DNA of 64,000 nucleotides from Gammaproteobacteria bacterium (GCA_023257255.1 JALRCR010000001.1:266-64265); one strand, 5' to 3'; shown: positions 11,772 through 22,105, numbered from the stretch's first letter. Notes: generated from the sequence alone by a model not told the origin. Numbers and translations: made by a program.

Positions 11772-12641
11772 ATGCCGGATTCGGGCCCCAGTGTAACAAT
11801 CGAGCGGCCCTGCTTGTACCTTGTGGCCACCCCGATCGGGAATCTGGCTGACCTCGGTTTTCGCGCGCGTCAGGTCTTGGCCGACGCCGACCTGCTGCTG
11901 GCCGAGGACACCCGGATGACGCAGCGCTTGCTGGATCACTATGGCATCGCCCGCCGCGCTCAGGCCCTGCACGAGCACAACGAGCGCGAAGTCGCCTCGG
12001 GCATCGTGCGGCGTCTGCTCGAGCAGCGGCAGACGGCCGCGCTGGTCAGCGATGCGGGCACGCCCTTGCTGTCCGACCCTGGATTTCCGCTCGTTCAGGC
12101 CGCGCTGGCCGCGGGTTTGGCCGTGCGTGCCGTGCCTGGCGCCAGCGCCCTGCTGGCCGCCCTGTGCGTGGCCGGCCTGCCGACCGACCGGTTTGCGTTC
12201 GAGGGCTTTTTGCCGCCGCGCGAACAGGCCGCGCGCCAACGCCTCGATGCGCTGGCCGACAAAGACCACACGCTGGTGTTTTACGAGTCGCCGCGGCGGG
12301 TGTTGCGCACGCTTGCCCTCATGCGTGAAAGCATGGGGGGCGAGCGGGCTTGCTGTGTCGCCCGCGAGTTGACCAAGCTGCACGAAACCCACTATCGCGG
12401 AAGCTTGGCCGACGTCTCGCAGACTCTGGCGGACGACCCGTTCGGCGAGGCAGGTGAATTTGTCATCTTGCTGGGGCCGGCGCCTGCGGCGGCCGCCGCA
12501 ACCGGTGAAATCCAGCGGGTGCTGGCGCTGCTGGCCCCACACGTGTCGCGCCGGACGGCCGTCGACCTGACTGCGAGCCTGCTGGCGCGCCCGCGCAATG
12601 AGGTCTATGCGCTCGCCCTGCGCAACCAGGACGACGAATAA
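11772..12641 (+). CDS. rsmI: 16S rRNA (cytidine1402-2'-O)-methyltransferase
   Basis: LYLVATPIGNLADL and LLLAEDTR are RsmI N-terminal motifs. Taking ATG 11772 gives 289 aa; upstream in-frame ATGs at 11748 and 11760 are possible. Confidence 0.9.
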   Translation: MPDSGPSVTIERPCLYLVATPIGNLADLGFRARQVLADADLLLAEDTRMTQRLLDHYGIARRAQALHEHNEREVASGIVRRLLEQRQTAALVSDAGTPLLSDPGFPLVQAALAAGLAVRAVPGASALLAALCVAGLPTDRFAFEGFLPPREQAARQRLDALADKDHTLVFYESPRRVLRTLALMRESMGGERACCVARELTKLHETHYRGSLADVSQTLADDPFGEAGEFVILLGPAPAAAAATGEIQRVLALLAPHVSRRTAVDLTASLLARPRNEVYALALRNQDDE

Positions 12642-12709
12642 ACGCGGTGGCCGGTGTCAGCTTGGCCGGGTTTCTTTCAATTCACGATCGCGCGGGGGAT
12701 ACTCGCCTT

Positions 12710-13088
12710 GGCGAGTCGGTCAGACGGTCGCTGGGGCGATAAGCCCTGGAGGAAAGTCCGGGCTCCACAGGACGGGATGCCAGGTAACACCTGGGGGGCG
12801 TGAGCCCACGGAAAGTGCCACAGAAAATATACCGCCCGCGGCCTCAGGGCCGAAGGTAAGGGTGAAATGGTGCGGTAAGAGCGCACCGCGCCGGTCAACG
12901 CCGGTGGCAGGGTAAACCCCATCCGGAGCAAGACCAAATAGGGAAGCAAGCCGCTTCGAGCGGTAAAGCGCGGTCCGCGTGGGCTTCCGGGTAGGTTGCT
13001 TGAGGCGTTCGGTGACGAACGTCCCAGAGGAATGACCGTCACCGCTTCACCGCGGGACAGAACCCGGCTTATCGACCGACTCGCCCCT
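12710..13088 (+). ncRNA. rnpB: RNase P RNA, bacterial type A (M1 RNA)
   Basis: Universal elements are present: GAGGAAAGTCCGGGCTCCACAG, GGTAAGGGTGAAATGGTGCGGTAAGAGCGCACC, GGTAAACCCCATCCGGAGCAAG and ACAGAACCCGGCTTATCG. The P1 stem pairs GGCGAGTCGGTC (12710-) with GACCGACTCGCC (-13085). Ends are approximate, within a few nt. Confidence 0.93.
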
Positions 13089-13129
13089 TCTTCAGGGCTC
13101 ATCAGTAGCTCTCCCCTAACCGAGGTTTC

Positions 13130-13171
13130 ACGCTTAGGTTTTTGAACCTGAAGCGTTTAATGCTTTTTGTT
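13130..13171 (+). terminator. Possible terminator downstream of rnpB
   Basis: Hairpin ACGCTTAGGTT-tttg-AACCT(g)AAGCGT (one bulge), followed by the T-rich TTAATGCTTTTTGTT. Confidence 0.4.
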
Positions 13172-13246
13172 CCGTCGAGATTTTGGCGCGCCCCACGGCC
13201 TCGCCCTAAGTTGCTGTTCACAAAGCAAGAATCTGCGTTTCATTCC

Positions 13247-13276
13247 TTGACACCTTTCCAAGGCGATTCGTATAGT
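13247..13276 (+). promoter_or_regulatory. Sigma-70 promoter of the dcw cluster (Pmra-like)
   Basis: TTGACA (13247-13252), an 18-nt spacer, then TATAGT (13271-13276), about 125 nt upstream of mraZ. Confidence 0.6.
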
Positions 13277-13283
13277 GCCTCGC

Positions 13284-13317
13284 GTGGGGAATAGTGGGTG
13301 ACAGTGGGGATTCGGGG
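13284..13317 (+). promoter_or_regulatory. MraZ operator: direct GTGGG repeats with 10-bp period
   Basis: GTGGG occurs at 13284, 13294 and 13304, with a degenerate CGGGG at 13313. The array starts just downstream of the -10 box. The layout matches the TGGGN-N5 repeat operator described for E. coli MraZ. Confidence 0.6.
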
Positions 13318-13400
13318 ACATTCTGGAGCAAAAACACCCGCCAAAGCGGGGGCTCCGTAGCGAACCAGAAGACCCTCGAACAACGCGAGCAGCAGCGCAA

Positions 13401-13859
13401 ATGTTTCGGGGTTTCAACGCAGTAACGATCGACGCGAAGGGGCGGCTGGCAGTGCCAGCGCGCTTCCGCGAACTGCTGGCTGCGCGCAACGTCGACACCC
13501 TCATCATGACCATCAGCCCGTGGGACCGATGCATCTGGGCCTATCCGCTCCCCGAGTGGGAAGGTATCGACAGCAAGCTCCACGCCCTGCCTGCCGCCGA
13601 CCCGGAAGCCCGCATGGCCAAACGGGTCGTGCTGGGCCACGCCACCGACTGTCAGTTCGATGCTCAGGGCCGGGTCCTTGTGCCCCAGGAGTTGCGCGAT
13701 CTGGTCCACATCGACCGTCGCACGGTGGTGCTGGGGCAGGGCAACAAACTGGAACTGTGGGACGACGAGTCCTGGCAGCGTCGACGCGGCGAATGGCTGC
13801 AGGAAGTCGCCTCCGGCTCCACGCCGACCTCCAACGTGCTGGCGTCCCTGTCGTTGTAA
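13401..13859 (+). CDS. mraZ: Transcriptional regulator MraZ
   Basis: 152 aa. MFRGFNAVTIDAKGRLAVPARFRE and a second SpoVT/AbrB-like half (DAQGRVLVPQELRD). Confidence 0.95.
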   Translation: MFRGFNAVTIDAKGRLAVPARFRELLAARNVDTLIMTISPWDRCIWAYPLPEWEGIDSKLHALPAADPEARMAKRVVLGHATDCQFDAQGRVLVPQELRDLVHIDRRTVVLGQGNKLELWDDESWQRRRGEWLQEVASGSTPTSNVLASLSL

Positions 13860-13865
13860 TGGCGG

Positions 13866-14777
13866 GTGGAAACCGGTGCCCACATCCCCGTCCTCCTTGA
13901 TGAAGTGCTTGAACAGCTTGCGATTCGTCCGGGCGGCAGTTACCTCGATTGCACCTTTGGGCGGGGCGGCCATTCCCGGGAAATCCTGCGCCGGCTTGGG
14001 CCGACGGGGCGCCTGCTGGCCTGTGACCGCGACGCGACGGCCGTTGCGGCAGGGGCCGACCTGCAGGCCGATCCGCGCGTGACGTTGGTTCAGGCCAGAT
14101 TTTCGACCATCACCAGCGCGCTAGGCGCCGAGCGGCTGCAAGCCGGGCTCGACGGCGTCTTGCTTGACCTCGGGGTGTCGTCCCCGCAGTTCGATGAGGC
14201 CCAACGGGGATTCAGTTTCCAGCACGACGGCCCGCTCGACATGCGCATGGACCCGGACAGCGGCGAATCGGTTGCCGACTGGCTGGCGCACGCCGAACAA
14301 CACGAGATCGAGCGCTGCCTGCGCGACTACGGGGAAGAGCGCCACGCCCGGCGCATTGCGCGTCGCCTGTGCGATACGCGGATGCGTGAGCCCCTTCGCA
14401 CGACCGCCCAGCTGGCGGCCGTGATCGCCGGCGCTGTGCCGCGCAGCGGCGAGCGGATTCATCCGGCTACCCGCAGCTTTCAGGCCCTGCGCATCCAGAT
14501 TAACGACGAACTGGGGGAACTTGAGCGCGCCCTGCCGGTGCTGCGCGACGCGTTGGCACCCGCGGGCCGCCTCTGCGCGATTGCCTTTCATTCATTGGAA
14601 GACCGCATCGTGAAGCGTTACTTCCGTGATTCGGCGCGGGCGCCGGAGTTCGGGCAGGCGCCCGGACCACAGTTTGCGCTCGTCACCCGCAAGCCCATTT
14701 ACCCCGCTGAGGCGGAATGTGCGGCCAATCCCCGCGCCCGCAGCGCGCGCCTGCGGGTGCTGGAGCGGGCAGCATGA
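13866..14777 (+). CDS. rsmH: 16S rRNA (cytosine1402-N4)-methyltransferase
   Basis: GTG start. HIPVLLDEVLE, DCTFGRGGHS and SFQHDGPLDMRM are RsmH/MraW-like. Confidence 0.95.
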   Translation: METGAHIPVLLDEVLEQLAIRPGGSYLDCTFGRGGHSREILRRLGPTGRLLACDRDATAVAAGADLQADPRVTLVQARFSTITSALGAERLQAGLDGVLLDLGVSSPQFDEAQRGFSFQHDGPLDMRMDPDSGESVADWLAHAEQHEIERCLRDYGEERHARRIARRLCDTRMREPLRTTAQLAAVIAGAVPRSGERIHPATRSFQALRIQINDELGELERALPVLRDALAPAGRLCAIAFHSLEDRIVKRYFRDSARAPEFGQAPGPQFALVTRKPIYPAEAECAANPRARSARLRVLERAA

Positions 14778-15040
14778 GAGCGCTGATTCCCGTCGCCCTG
14801 GTCAGCGTTCTGATCTTCGCCAGCGCCTTGCAACTGGTGATGACGCGTTACGAAAGCAAGCGGCTCTACATGGAATTGCACGGCCTGCGACTGGCACGCG
14901 ACAACCTCGATCGCGAGCGCGGCCAGTTGCTGCTGGAACAAGGCACCGCAGGCGCCCACCTGCGGGTCGAGGCCATTGCGCGCCAGAAACTCGACATGAC
15001 GGTCCCCAATAAAGAACAAATCATGAGGGTCTATCCATGA
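14774..15040 (+). CDS. ftsL: Cell division protein FtsL
   Basis: The ORF at 14717..15040 is trimmed to ATG 14774 (ATGA overlap with the rsmH stop). 88 aa, single TM (LIPVALVSVLIFASALQLV) followed by a coiled-coil region. The call also rests on its position between rsmH and ftsI. Confidence 0.85.
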   Translation: MRALIPVALVSVLIFASALQLVMTRYESKRLYMELHGLRLARDNLDRERGQLLLEQGTAGAHLRVEAIARQKLDMTVPNKEQIMRVYP

Positions 15041-16818
15041 GCAGGAAAAAACAGGGAAGTGTGTTCGCCAGGCTGCGTCCGAAGTGGATGCCGCACTCCT
15101 CGATGACGCGGCAACAGTTCGTGCTGGGCATGTTCGCGCTAGTGGCCGCCGCGCTGTGCTGGCACGCGGTCCATCTGCAGCTGGATAAAGGCGAGTTCCT
15201 GATTGGGGAGGGCGAGGATCGCTACGAGGCGCGCATTCAGACCGACGCACACCGTGGCATGTTGACCGATCGCAATGGCGAACCCCTCGCGATCAGCACC
15301 CCGGTGAACTCGGTGTGGGTGAATCCGCGCGAACTCGTCAAGCACCGCAACCGCTGGCCGGAGCTGGGCAAACTGCTGGGTTACTCGCCAGAGTATCTCG
15401 AAGCCACGCTAGAACCACGGGCCGAGCGTTCGTTTCTCTTCCTGAAACGTCAGGCCAGCCCGGAGCTGGCTGAGGCGGTGAGGAAAGCGCGCATCCCCGG
15501 CGTGCACCTGACCGATGAATACCGACGCTACTACCCGGCGGGTGAAGTCGCGGCGAATCTGATTGGGTTCACCAACGTCGACGACCTAGGGCAGGAAGGC
15601 GTCGAATTGAGCTTTGATGCCGCCTTGCGCGGGGTCAATGGCGAAAACCGCGTGATTCGCGACCGACTTGGTCGGGTGGTGGAACACGTCGAGCGCATCA
15701 AGGACGTGCAGCCGGGCCGCGATCTCGCGCTGAGCATCGACCGGCGCCTGCAGTACGTCGCCTACCGCGAACTGAAAGCAGCGGTCGAGAAGCACAACGC
15801 CGTGGGCGGCCTGATGGTGGTGCTGAATGCGGAAACCGGCGAACTGCTGGCGATGGTCAATCAGCCCGCGTACAACCCGAATAACCGCAGCGAAGCGAAG
15901 CGGGAAAGTTTCCGCAATCGCTCCCTGACCGACCTGTTCGAACCCGGCTCGACCATCAAGCCGTTCACGGTGGCGGCCGGGCTGGAATCCGGGCGCTTCA
16001 AGCCAACGACCGTCATCGATACCTCGGGCGGCGTCTTTCGGGTTGGGACCACCACCGTCCGGGATGTCCACGCCTACGGTCCTCTGACCTTGGCCGGCAT
16101 CATTCAAAAATCCAGCAACGTCGGGGTGACCAAAATCGCGCTGGCGATTGAGGAAAAGCTGTTTTGGCAGGTGTTAGACGGGGCTGGCTTCGGGCACCCC
16201 AGCGGCGTCGAGTTGCCGGGTGAAACCGCGGGCCAGCTCGACTCCTGGCGCAACTGGGGGAAAGCCGACCACGTCACGCTATCGTATGGCTATCACACCA
16301 ACATGACCGCCGTGCAGCTGGCCCGCGCTTACGGCGTCTTCGCCTCCGGCGGGTTGCTGCGCCCGGTCAGCGTCCTGAAGCAGGACGAGACCCCCGCCGG
16401 CACGCGCGTGGTCTCGCAGGCCACTGCCGATGCTGTGCGCGACATGATGAAGCTGGTCACCGAAAAAGGCGGTACCGCCGAAAACGCCGCCGTGCCTGGC
16501 TACACCGTTGCCGGCAAGACCGGCACCGTCAAGCGCGCTTCCGCCAAGGGTTACAACGACAGCGGTTACCGCGCGCTGTTCGCCGGCTTTTTGCCGGCCA
16601 ATGCGCCGAAGCTGATCGGCGTGGTGGTGATCGACGACCCCAAGGGCAAGGAATATTACGGCGGTCTGGTGGCGGCGCCGGTGTTCTCTAACGTTATGCA
16701 GGAAGCCGCGCGGATTCTCAATCTCACGCCTGACCGCCCGGAAGATGCGACCACCGTGCCGCAGCGTTTCGCGGCCTGGGCGCCGCCTATGCAGCAGGTG
16801 GCGTCGAAAAATCCATGA
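15037..16818 (+). CDS. ftsI: Peptidoglycan D,D-transpeptidase FtsI (PBP3)
   Basis: 593 aa with the motifs STIKP (SxxK), SSN and KTGT. Confidence 0.95.
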   Translation: MSRKKQGSVFARLRPKWMPHSSMTRQQFVLGMFALVAAALCWHAVHLQLDKGEFLIGEGEDRYEARIQTDAHRGMLTDRNGEPLAISTPVNSVWVNPRELVKHRNRWPELGKLLGYSPEYLEATLEPRAERSFLFLKRQASPELAEAVRKARIPGVHLTDEYRRYYPAGEVAANLIGFTNVDDLGQEGVELSFDAALRGVNGENRVIRDRLGRVVEHVERIKDVQPGRDLALSIDRRLQYVAYRELKAAVEKHNAVGGLMVVLNAETGELLAMVNQPAYNPNNRSEAKRESFRNRSLTDLFEPGSTIKPFTVAAGLESGRFKPTTVIDTSGGVFRVGTTTVRDVHAYGPLTLAGIIQKSSNVGVTKIALAIEEKLFWQVLDGAGFGHPSGVELPGETAGQLDSWRNWGKADHVTLSYGYHTNMTAVQLARAYGVFASGGLLRPVSVLKQDETPAGTRVVSQATADAVRDMMKLVTEKGGTAENAAVPGYTVAGKTGTVKRASAKGYNDSGYRALFAGFLPANAPKLIGVVVIDDPKGKEYYGGLVAAPVFSNVMQEAARILNLTPDRPEDATTVPQRFAAWAPPMQQVASKNP

Positions 16819-18314
16819 TGGCAGCGGTGCAGTCTTCGTCGGTAGGCCTTGCGGATCTGGTGCGCGGTTTGGTCGCGCGCCCCTACGGCGGCGACTGCAC
16901 GCTAACCGGGCTTGCGATTGATAGCCGTCAGGTGCGCCCGGGCGACTGCTTTCTGGCCTACGCCGGCACGCGCGAAGACGGCGCCCGGTATATTCGCGCC
17001 GCGGCCGCCGCCGGCGCGGTGGCGGTGCTGACGGAAGCGGCCGATGTGCTGCCCGCACCGGGCATCCCGGTGCTCGGTATTCCCGGCTTGCGCGAACACC
17101 TCCCCACCCTCGCACGTCGCTTTTACGGCGACCCGGCGCAACACATGCGGCTGATTGCGATTACCGGCACCAAGGGTAAAACCACTACCGCCCACCTTTG
17201 CGCGCAGGCCCTGCGGACGATTTACGGTCGCAGCGGCTATTTCGGCACGCTGGGCTATGGCGCGCTGGACGCGCTTGAGTCCGGGCCCAATACCACGCCT
17301 GACCCCGTGACCTTTCAGCGGGTGCTGTCGTCGCTCGCAGCAGAAGGCTGCGGGCATGTGGCGCTCGAAGCGTCCTCGCACGCCCTCGATCAGGGTCGCC
17401 TCGCGCAACTGCCGGTCGCGGTGGCCGTCTTCACCGGACTGGGCCACGACCATCTCGACTATCACGGCAGTCTGGCCGCCTACGGCGAAGCCAAACAAAG
17501 TTTGTTCCGCCTGCCGGGTTTGCAGGCCGCCGTGGTCAACGCCGACGACCCTTATGCCCAGCAGATGCTGGCCGCCCTGGCGCCGGGTACGCCCGCCTAC
17601 ACCTTCAGCCTCCGAGCCGATGGCGCGCCGGCGGCGGTACAGGCGCTGGCGGTGCGTTGTACGCGTGAAGGCAGTGAAGTCGACCTGCGGACCTGGCAGG
17701 GTGAGTTCAGCTTGCGGAGCCCGCTGCTTGGCGAGTTCAACGTGCAGAATCTGTTGGCTGCGCTGACCGCGCTGATGGCCGCGGGCACGCCGGCCGCGAC
17801 GGCCGTGGCCGCGCTGGCCAAGGCGCATCCCGTGCGCGGACGCATGGAACTCATCACCGGGACGCCGGCTCAGCCGCTGGTCTGCGTGGATTACGCCCAC
17901 ACGCCCGACAGTCTGGAACGGGTGTTGCGCGCTTTGCGTCTGCCCGATGTGGCGCGCCTGATCTGCGTGTTTGGCTGTGGCGGCGACCGCGACCGCAGCA
18001 AGCGTGGCCCCATGGGCGGCATCGCCGAGCGCGACGCCGACCGCGTGATCGTCACCGCCGATAACCCGCGCAGCGAAGACCCCGCCACCATCGCCGATGA
18101 AATTTGCGCCGGCATGCGCGAGCCCGCGCGGACGCTGGTGGTGCTTGATCGGGCGGCGGCCATTCGTACCGCGCTGATGGAGGCCGGGCCGGCGGACGTG
18201 GTGCTGATTGCCGGCAAAGGTCATGAAAGCACGCAGACAGGCGGCGGCGCGGTGGTGGCATTTGACGACGTGGCCGTGGCGCGGGCCTTGTTGCAGGAGC
18301 TTGCCAATGCTTGA
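16815..18314 (+). CDS. murE: UDP-MurNAc-L-Ala-D-Glu:meso-DAP ligase
   Basis: 499 aa with the Mur ligase P-loop GTKGKTTT and the DNPR motif (ADNPRSEDP). Confidence 0.95.
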   Translation: MMAAVQSSSVGLADLVRGLVARPYGGDCTLTGLAIDSRQVRPGDCFLAYAGTREDGARYIRAAAAAGAVAVLTEAADVLPAPGIPVLGIPGLREHLPTLARRFYGDPAQHMRLIAITGTKGKTTTAHLCAQALRTIYGRSGYFGTLGYGALDALESGPNTTPDPVTFQRVLSSLAAEGCGHVALEASSHALDQGRLAQLPVAVAVFTGLGHDHLDYHGSLAAYGEAKQSLFRLPGLQAAVVNADDPYAQQMLAALAPGTPAYTFSLRADGAPAAVQALAVRCTREGSEVDLRTWQGEFSLRSPLLGEFNVQNLLAALTALMAAGTPAATAVAALAKAHPVRGRMELITGTPAQPLVCVDYAHTPDSLERVLRALRLPDVARLICVFGCGGDRDRSKRGPMGGIAERDADRVIVTADNPRSEDPATIADEICAGMREPARTLVVLDRAAAIRTALMEAGPADVVLIAGKGHESTQTGGGAVVAFDDVAVARALLQELANA

Positions 18315-19680
18315 AGGCACGCTGGCCTGGGTGGCTGAGGCGACCGGCGGCGAGTTGCAGGGCGCGGACCTGCGCTTCGCCGGCCTCGGGACGGACACGC
18401 GCAGCTTGAATGCCGGCGAGTTGTTCGTGGCGCTGCGCGGCGAGCGCTTTGACGCCCACGAACTTGTCGCTGAGGCGCAAGCCCGCGGAGCCGCTGCGGC
18501 GGTGGTGGACCGGCCGGTGCAGGCGCCGGGTTTATCGCTGATCGTGGTGGCCGACACCCGCCGCGCGCTGGGCGATCTGGCGCGCGCCTGGCGCCGCCGC
18601 TTCGCCATTCCCGTCATCGCCATCACCGGCAGCAACGGCAAGACCACGACCAAGGAAATGGTCGCCAGCATTCTCCGCGAACAGGGCGCGACGCTGGCGA
18701 CGCTGGGCAATCTGAACAACGACATTGGCGTGCCCCTGACGCTCTTCAGGCTGGCCGCCAGCGATCGCTATGCGGTGATCGAAATGGGCGCCAACGGCCC
18801 CGATGACATCACGTCGCTGGTAGCAATCGCCGAACCGACTGTTGCGCTGGTCACCATGTGCGGTCCTGCGCATCTGCAGGGTTTCGGCTCGCTGGACGGC
18901 GTTGCCCGGGCCAAGGGCCAGATTTACAGCCGACTGAATTCGACGCATACGGCCTTGATCAACGTCGACGACCCGCATCACGCGCGCTGGCAGAGCACGG
19001 CGGGCGCGGCCCGCATCCTGCGTTTTGGCCTCGGCGCGGACGCCACCGTCACGGCGACCGACATCCAGCCCGGCGGCCTTGGTGCCGGGTCGCAGTTCAG
19101 GCTGCGGGTAGGCGGCGAGGCCGCGATGGTCACCCTGCCGCTCGACGGCTTGCACAACGTACGCAACGCCGTGGCCGCTGCCGCCGTCGGCGCCGCGCTT
19201 GATTTGCCGATCGCCGTGATCAAGGCCGGCCTCGAAGCGGTACCGCCGGTGAAAGGACGCCTCAACGTGCGCCGCCTGCCCACCGGCGCGACCCTGATCG
19301 ACGATACCTACAACGCCAATCCGGCCTCGCTGGCCGCCGCGCTTGATTTGCTCGCGACCCAGCCGGGGTCCCGCTGGCTGGTGCTGGCGGATATGGGCGA
19401 ACTTGGACCTTCGGCAGTTGAGTTGCACCGCGCGGCCGGGCTGGCCGCACGGGCGGCCGGGGTGAGCCGACTGTTTGCCATCGGGCCGCTGGCGGCCGCC
19501 GCCGCAGAGGCCTTTGGCGCGGAAGCCCTGCGCTTTATCACGCGAGACGATGCGCTCGCCGCGCTCCGCGAACAACTGATCGGGGACGTCACCGTGCTCT
19601 GCAAGGGCTCGCGTTCCATGCAACTCGACCTGCTGGTGAAGGCCTTGCTGACGCCCGCTGAGGGGGCCCTATGCTGTTGA
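18307..19680 (+). CDS. murF: UDP-MurNAc-tripeptide:D-Ala-D-Ala ligase
   Basis: The ORF at 18208..19680 is trimmed to ATG 18307 ([17 protein letters not shown]), an 8-nt overlap with murE. P-loop [10 protein letters not shown]. Confidence 0.95.
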   Translation: MLEGTLAWVAEATGGELQGADLRFAGLGTDTRSLNAGELFVALRGERFDAHELVAEAQARGAAAAVVDRPVQAPGLSLIVVADTRRALGDLARAWRRRFAIPVIAITGSNGKTTTKEMVASILREQGATLATLGNLNNDIGVPLTLFRLAASDRYAVIEMGANGPDDITSLVAIAEPTVALVTMCGPAHLQGFGSLDGVARAKGQIYSRLNSTHTALINVDDPHHARWQSTAGAARILRFGLGADATVTATDIQPGGLGAGSQFRLRVGGEAAMVTLPLDGLHNVRNAVAAAAVGAALDLPIAVIKAGLEAVPPVKGRLNVRRLPTGATLIDDTYNANPASLAAALDLLATQPGSRWLVLADMGELGPSAVELHRAAGLAARAAGVSRLFAIGPLAAAAAEAFGAEALRFITRDDALAALREQLIGDVTVLCKGSRSMQLDLLVKALLTPAEGALCC

Positions 19681-20753
19681 TGCTGGCCGAGTGGCTCGCG
19701 CAGTACGAGTCGGGATTCCGCGTATTTCAGTACCTGACCTTGCGCACGGTGCTGGCGGCCTTGACCGCGCTCTTCATCGCGCTGCTGGTGGGGCCCGAAC
19801 TCATTAAACGCCTCACGCTGCGCCAGATTGGTCAGACCGTCCGCGACGATGGCCCCAAGTCACATCTTTCCAAGGCCGGCACGCCGACCATGGGCGGCGC
19901 GCTGATTCTGGTGTCGATTTCGCTCAGCACGCTGCTGTGGGGCAATTTATCCAACCGCTTCCTGTGGCCGGTGCTGCTGACCACGCTGGGCTTCGGCGTG
20001 ATTGGCTGGGTTGACGATTACCTCAAACTCTCGCGCAAGAACCCGAAGGGACTCGCCGCCCGCTACAAGTATTTTTGGCAGTCGGTCATCGCGCTGGCGG
20101 TGGCGACGCTGTTGTTCAACACCGCGCTGGTCCCGGCTGAAACGCGACTCATCGTGCCGTTTTTCAAAGGCGTGTCGATTGAACTTGGGCTTCTCTATAT
20201 CGCGCTGACCTACTTCGTCATCGTCGGCACCAGCAACGCGGTCAACCTGACGGATGGACTCGATGGCCTTGCGATCCTGCCGACCGTGCTGGTGGCCGGA
20301 GCGCTGATCGTGTTCGCCTACGTCACGGGCAACGTCAAGTTTTCGCATTACCTGGGTCTGCCGTATGTGCCGGGTGCGGGCGAAATGGGCGTCTTTTGTG
20401 GCGCGATCGTAGGCGCTGGGCTGGGCTTCCTGTGGTTCAACACCTATCCCGCGCAGATTTTTATGGGCGACATCGGCGCGCTCGCGCTGGGCGCGGCCTT
20501 GGGCATCGTGGCGGTGGTGGTCCGGCAGGAATTGGTGCTGTTCGTGATGGGCGGCGTGTTTGTGGCCGAGACGGTGTCGGTCATCCTGCAGGTCGCCTCC
20601 TTCAAGATGACCGGCAAGCGCATTTTCCGAATGGCGCCGCTGCATCATCACTTTGAACTCAAGGGCTGGCCGGAACCGCGGGTCATTGTGCGGTTCTGGA
20701 TTATCACCGTGGTGCTGGTGCTGGCCGGCCTTGCCACCTTGAAGCTGCGATGA
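19671..20753 (+). CDS. mraY: Phospho-N-acetylmuramoyl-pentapeptide transferase
   Basis: 360 aa polytopic protein. [22 protein letters not shown] and APLHHHFE are MraY-like. Confidence 0.97.
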   Translation: MLLMLAEWLAQYESGFRVFQYLTLRTVLAALTALFIALLVGPELIKRLTLRQIGQTVRDDGPKSHLSKAGTPTMGGALILVSISLSTLLWGNLSNRFLWPVLLTTLGFGVIGWVDDYLKLSRKNPKGLAARYKYFWQSVIALAVATLLFNTALVPAETRLIVPFFKGVSIELGLLYIALTYFVIVGTSNAVNLTDGLDGLAILPTVLVAGALIVFAYVTGNVKFSHYLGLPYVPGAGEMGVFCGAIVGAGLGFLWFNTYPAQIFMGDIGALALGAALGIVAVVVRQELVLFVMGGVFVAETVSVILQVASFKMTGKRIFRMAPLHHHFELKGWPEPRVIVRFWIITVVLVLAGLATLKLR

Positions 20754-22105
20754 GCGCGACCCAGCCCATCCCCGCCATCTATGCCGGCCAGCACTGGGGC
20801 GTGTTCGGCCTCGGGCTGACCGGCCTGTCCTGCGCCCGTCATCTGCTGGCGCGGGGCGCGCGACTGACCTGCGTCGACACGCGAGCGGCCCCGCCGCTGC
20901 TGGACGCCGTGCGCGCGCTCTCCCCGGATATCGCCACCCGCTGCGGCGAGTTGCCGGCGAATGTCTTCGGCGCCTGCGACGACTTGGCCGTCAGCCCGGG
21001 CGTGCCGCTGGACCATCCGTCACTGCTGGCGCGGACCGGCTCGCTGCTAGGCGATATTGCGCTGTTTCGGCGTGCGGCCAACGCCCCGCTGCTGGGCATT
21101 ACCGGCTCGAACGGCAAGAGCACTGTGACCACCCTGGTCTGGCAGATGCTGGCCCGCGCAGGGCAGGTGGTGCGGGCTGGCGGCAATCTCGGCACGCCGG
21201 CGCTCGACCTGCTGGAAGGGCAGGCGCCCGACTGCTATGTGCTGGAGCTTTCAAGCTTTCAGCTCGACCTGACCCCCGATCTGGCTGCTGAAGTCGCGTG
21301 CGTACTCAACCTGTCGGCCGACCATCTTGATCGGCATGGCAGCCTTGAGGCCTACGCCGGCGCCAAGGCGCGCATTTTGCGCGGCGCGCGGCACCTGGTG
21401 CTGAATGCCGACGACCCGCTGGTGGTCGCGATGGCGCCAAGGGGGCAGACCGTGCGCTGGTTCGGCAGCCACCGCGCGCAGGCTCACTATCATCTGGCTG
21501 AGCACGCGGGGCAGCGCTGGTTGTGCTGCGGCGACGAGCCCGTGATCGCGGCCGCCGAACTCGGCATCAAGGGCCAGCACAACGAGCTCAACGCCCTGGC
21601 CGCCTTGGCCATGACCGACTGCATGGGACTCGCACGCGACGCCCAGTGCGCGACGCTGCGCGAGTTCACGGGGCTGGAACACCGCTGCCGCGAAGTCGCC
21701 ACGCATGCCGGCGTCAGCTGGTACGACGATTCCAAGGGCACCAATATCGGCGCGGCCAGCGCCGCGATCGCCGGCATCATGCACGGGCGGCGCGGGGTGC
21801 TGATTGCCGGCGGTCAGGGCAAGGGTGCCGACTTTCGCGAACTGCGAGAGGCCGTTGCCGGCCGGGTGCACACGCTGGTGCTGATTGGCGAAGACGCTCC
21901 GCTGCTCGCCAACGCGCTGGGCGATCTGGCGCAGATCGAATTCGCCGCCAGCATGCCGCAGGCGGTGGCGCTGGCGGCCGCTGCCGCACGGCCGGGTGAC
22001 GCGGTACTGCTGAGCCCGGCCTGCGCCAGCTTCGATATGTTTGAGGGTTACGCCCATCGCGGCCAGATCTTTGCCGCAGCGGTGGAGGCGCAGATCAGCG
22101 CATGA
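20750..22105 (+). CDS. murD: UDP-MurNAc-L-Ala:D-Glu ligase
   Basis: 451 aa with P-loop [12 protein letters not shown] overlap with the mraY stop. Confidence 0.95.
   Translation: MSATQPIPAIYAGQHWGVFGLGLTGLSCARHLLARGARLTCVDTRAAPPLLDAVRALSPDIATRCGELPANVFGACDDLAVSPGVPLDHPSLLARTGSLLGDIALFRRAANAPLLGITGSNGKSTVTTLVWQMLARAGQVVRAGGNLGTPALDLLEGQAPDCYVLELSSFQLDLTPDLAAEVACVLNLSADHLDRHGSLEAYAGAKARILRGARHLVLNADDPLVVAMAPRGQTVRWFGSHRAQAHYHLAEHAGQRWLCCGDEPVIAAAELGIKGQHNELNALAALAMTDCMGLARDAQCATLREFTGLEHRCREVATHAGVSWYDDSKGTNIGAASAAIAGIMHGRRGVLIAGGQGKGADFRELREAVAGRVHTLVLIGEDAPLLANALGDLAQIEFAASMPQAVALAAAAARPGDAVLLSPACASFDMFEGYAHRGQIFAAAVEAQISA

Noticed and set aside
12677-13102. 141-aa minus-strand ORF
   Set aside because: It coincides with the RNase P RNA gene on the plus strand. 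The region carries all conserved rnpB elements, so a protein-coding interpretation is not needed.
13157-13973. Minus-strand ORFs 13157..13534 (125 aa) and 13218..13973 (251 aa) across the mraZ leader and gene
   Set aside because: They are antisense to the Pmra promoter, the MraZ boxes and mraZ itself, and have no recognisable protein features.
16902-18725. 607-aa minus-strand ORF antisense to murE and murF
   Set aside because: Same reasoning. It overlaps two Mur ligase genes that have clear P-loops on the plus strand, and its product is Arg/Ala-rich with no domain signature.
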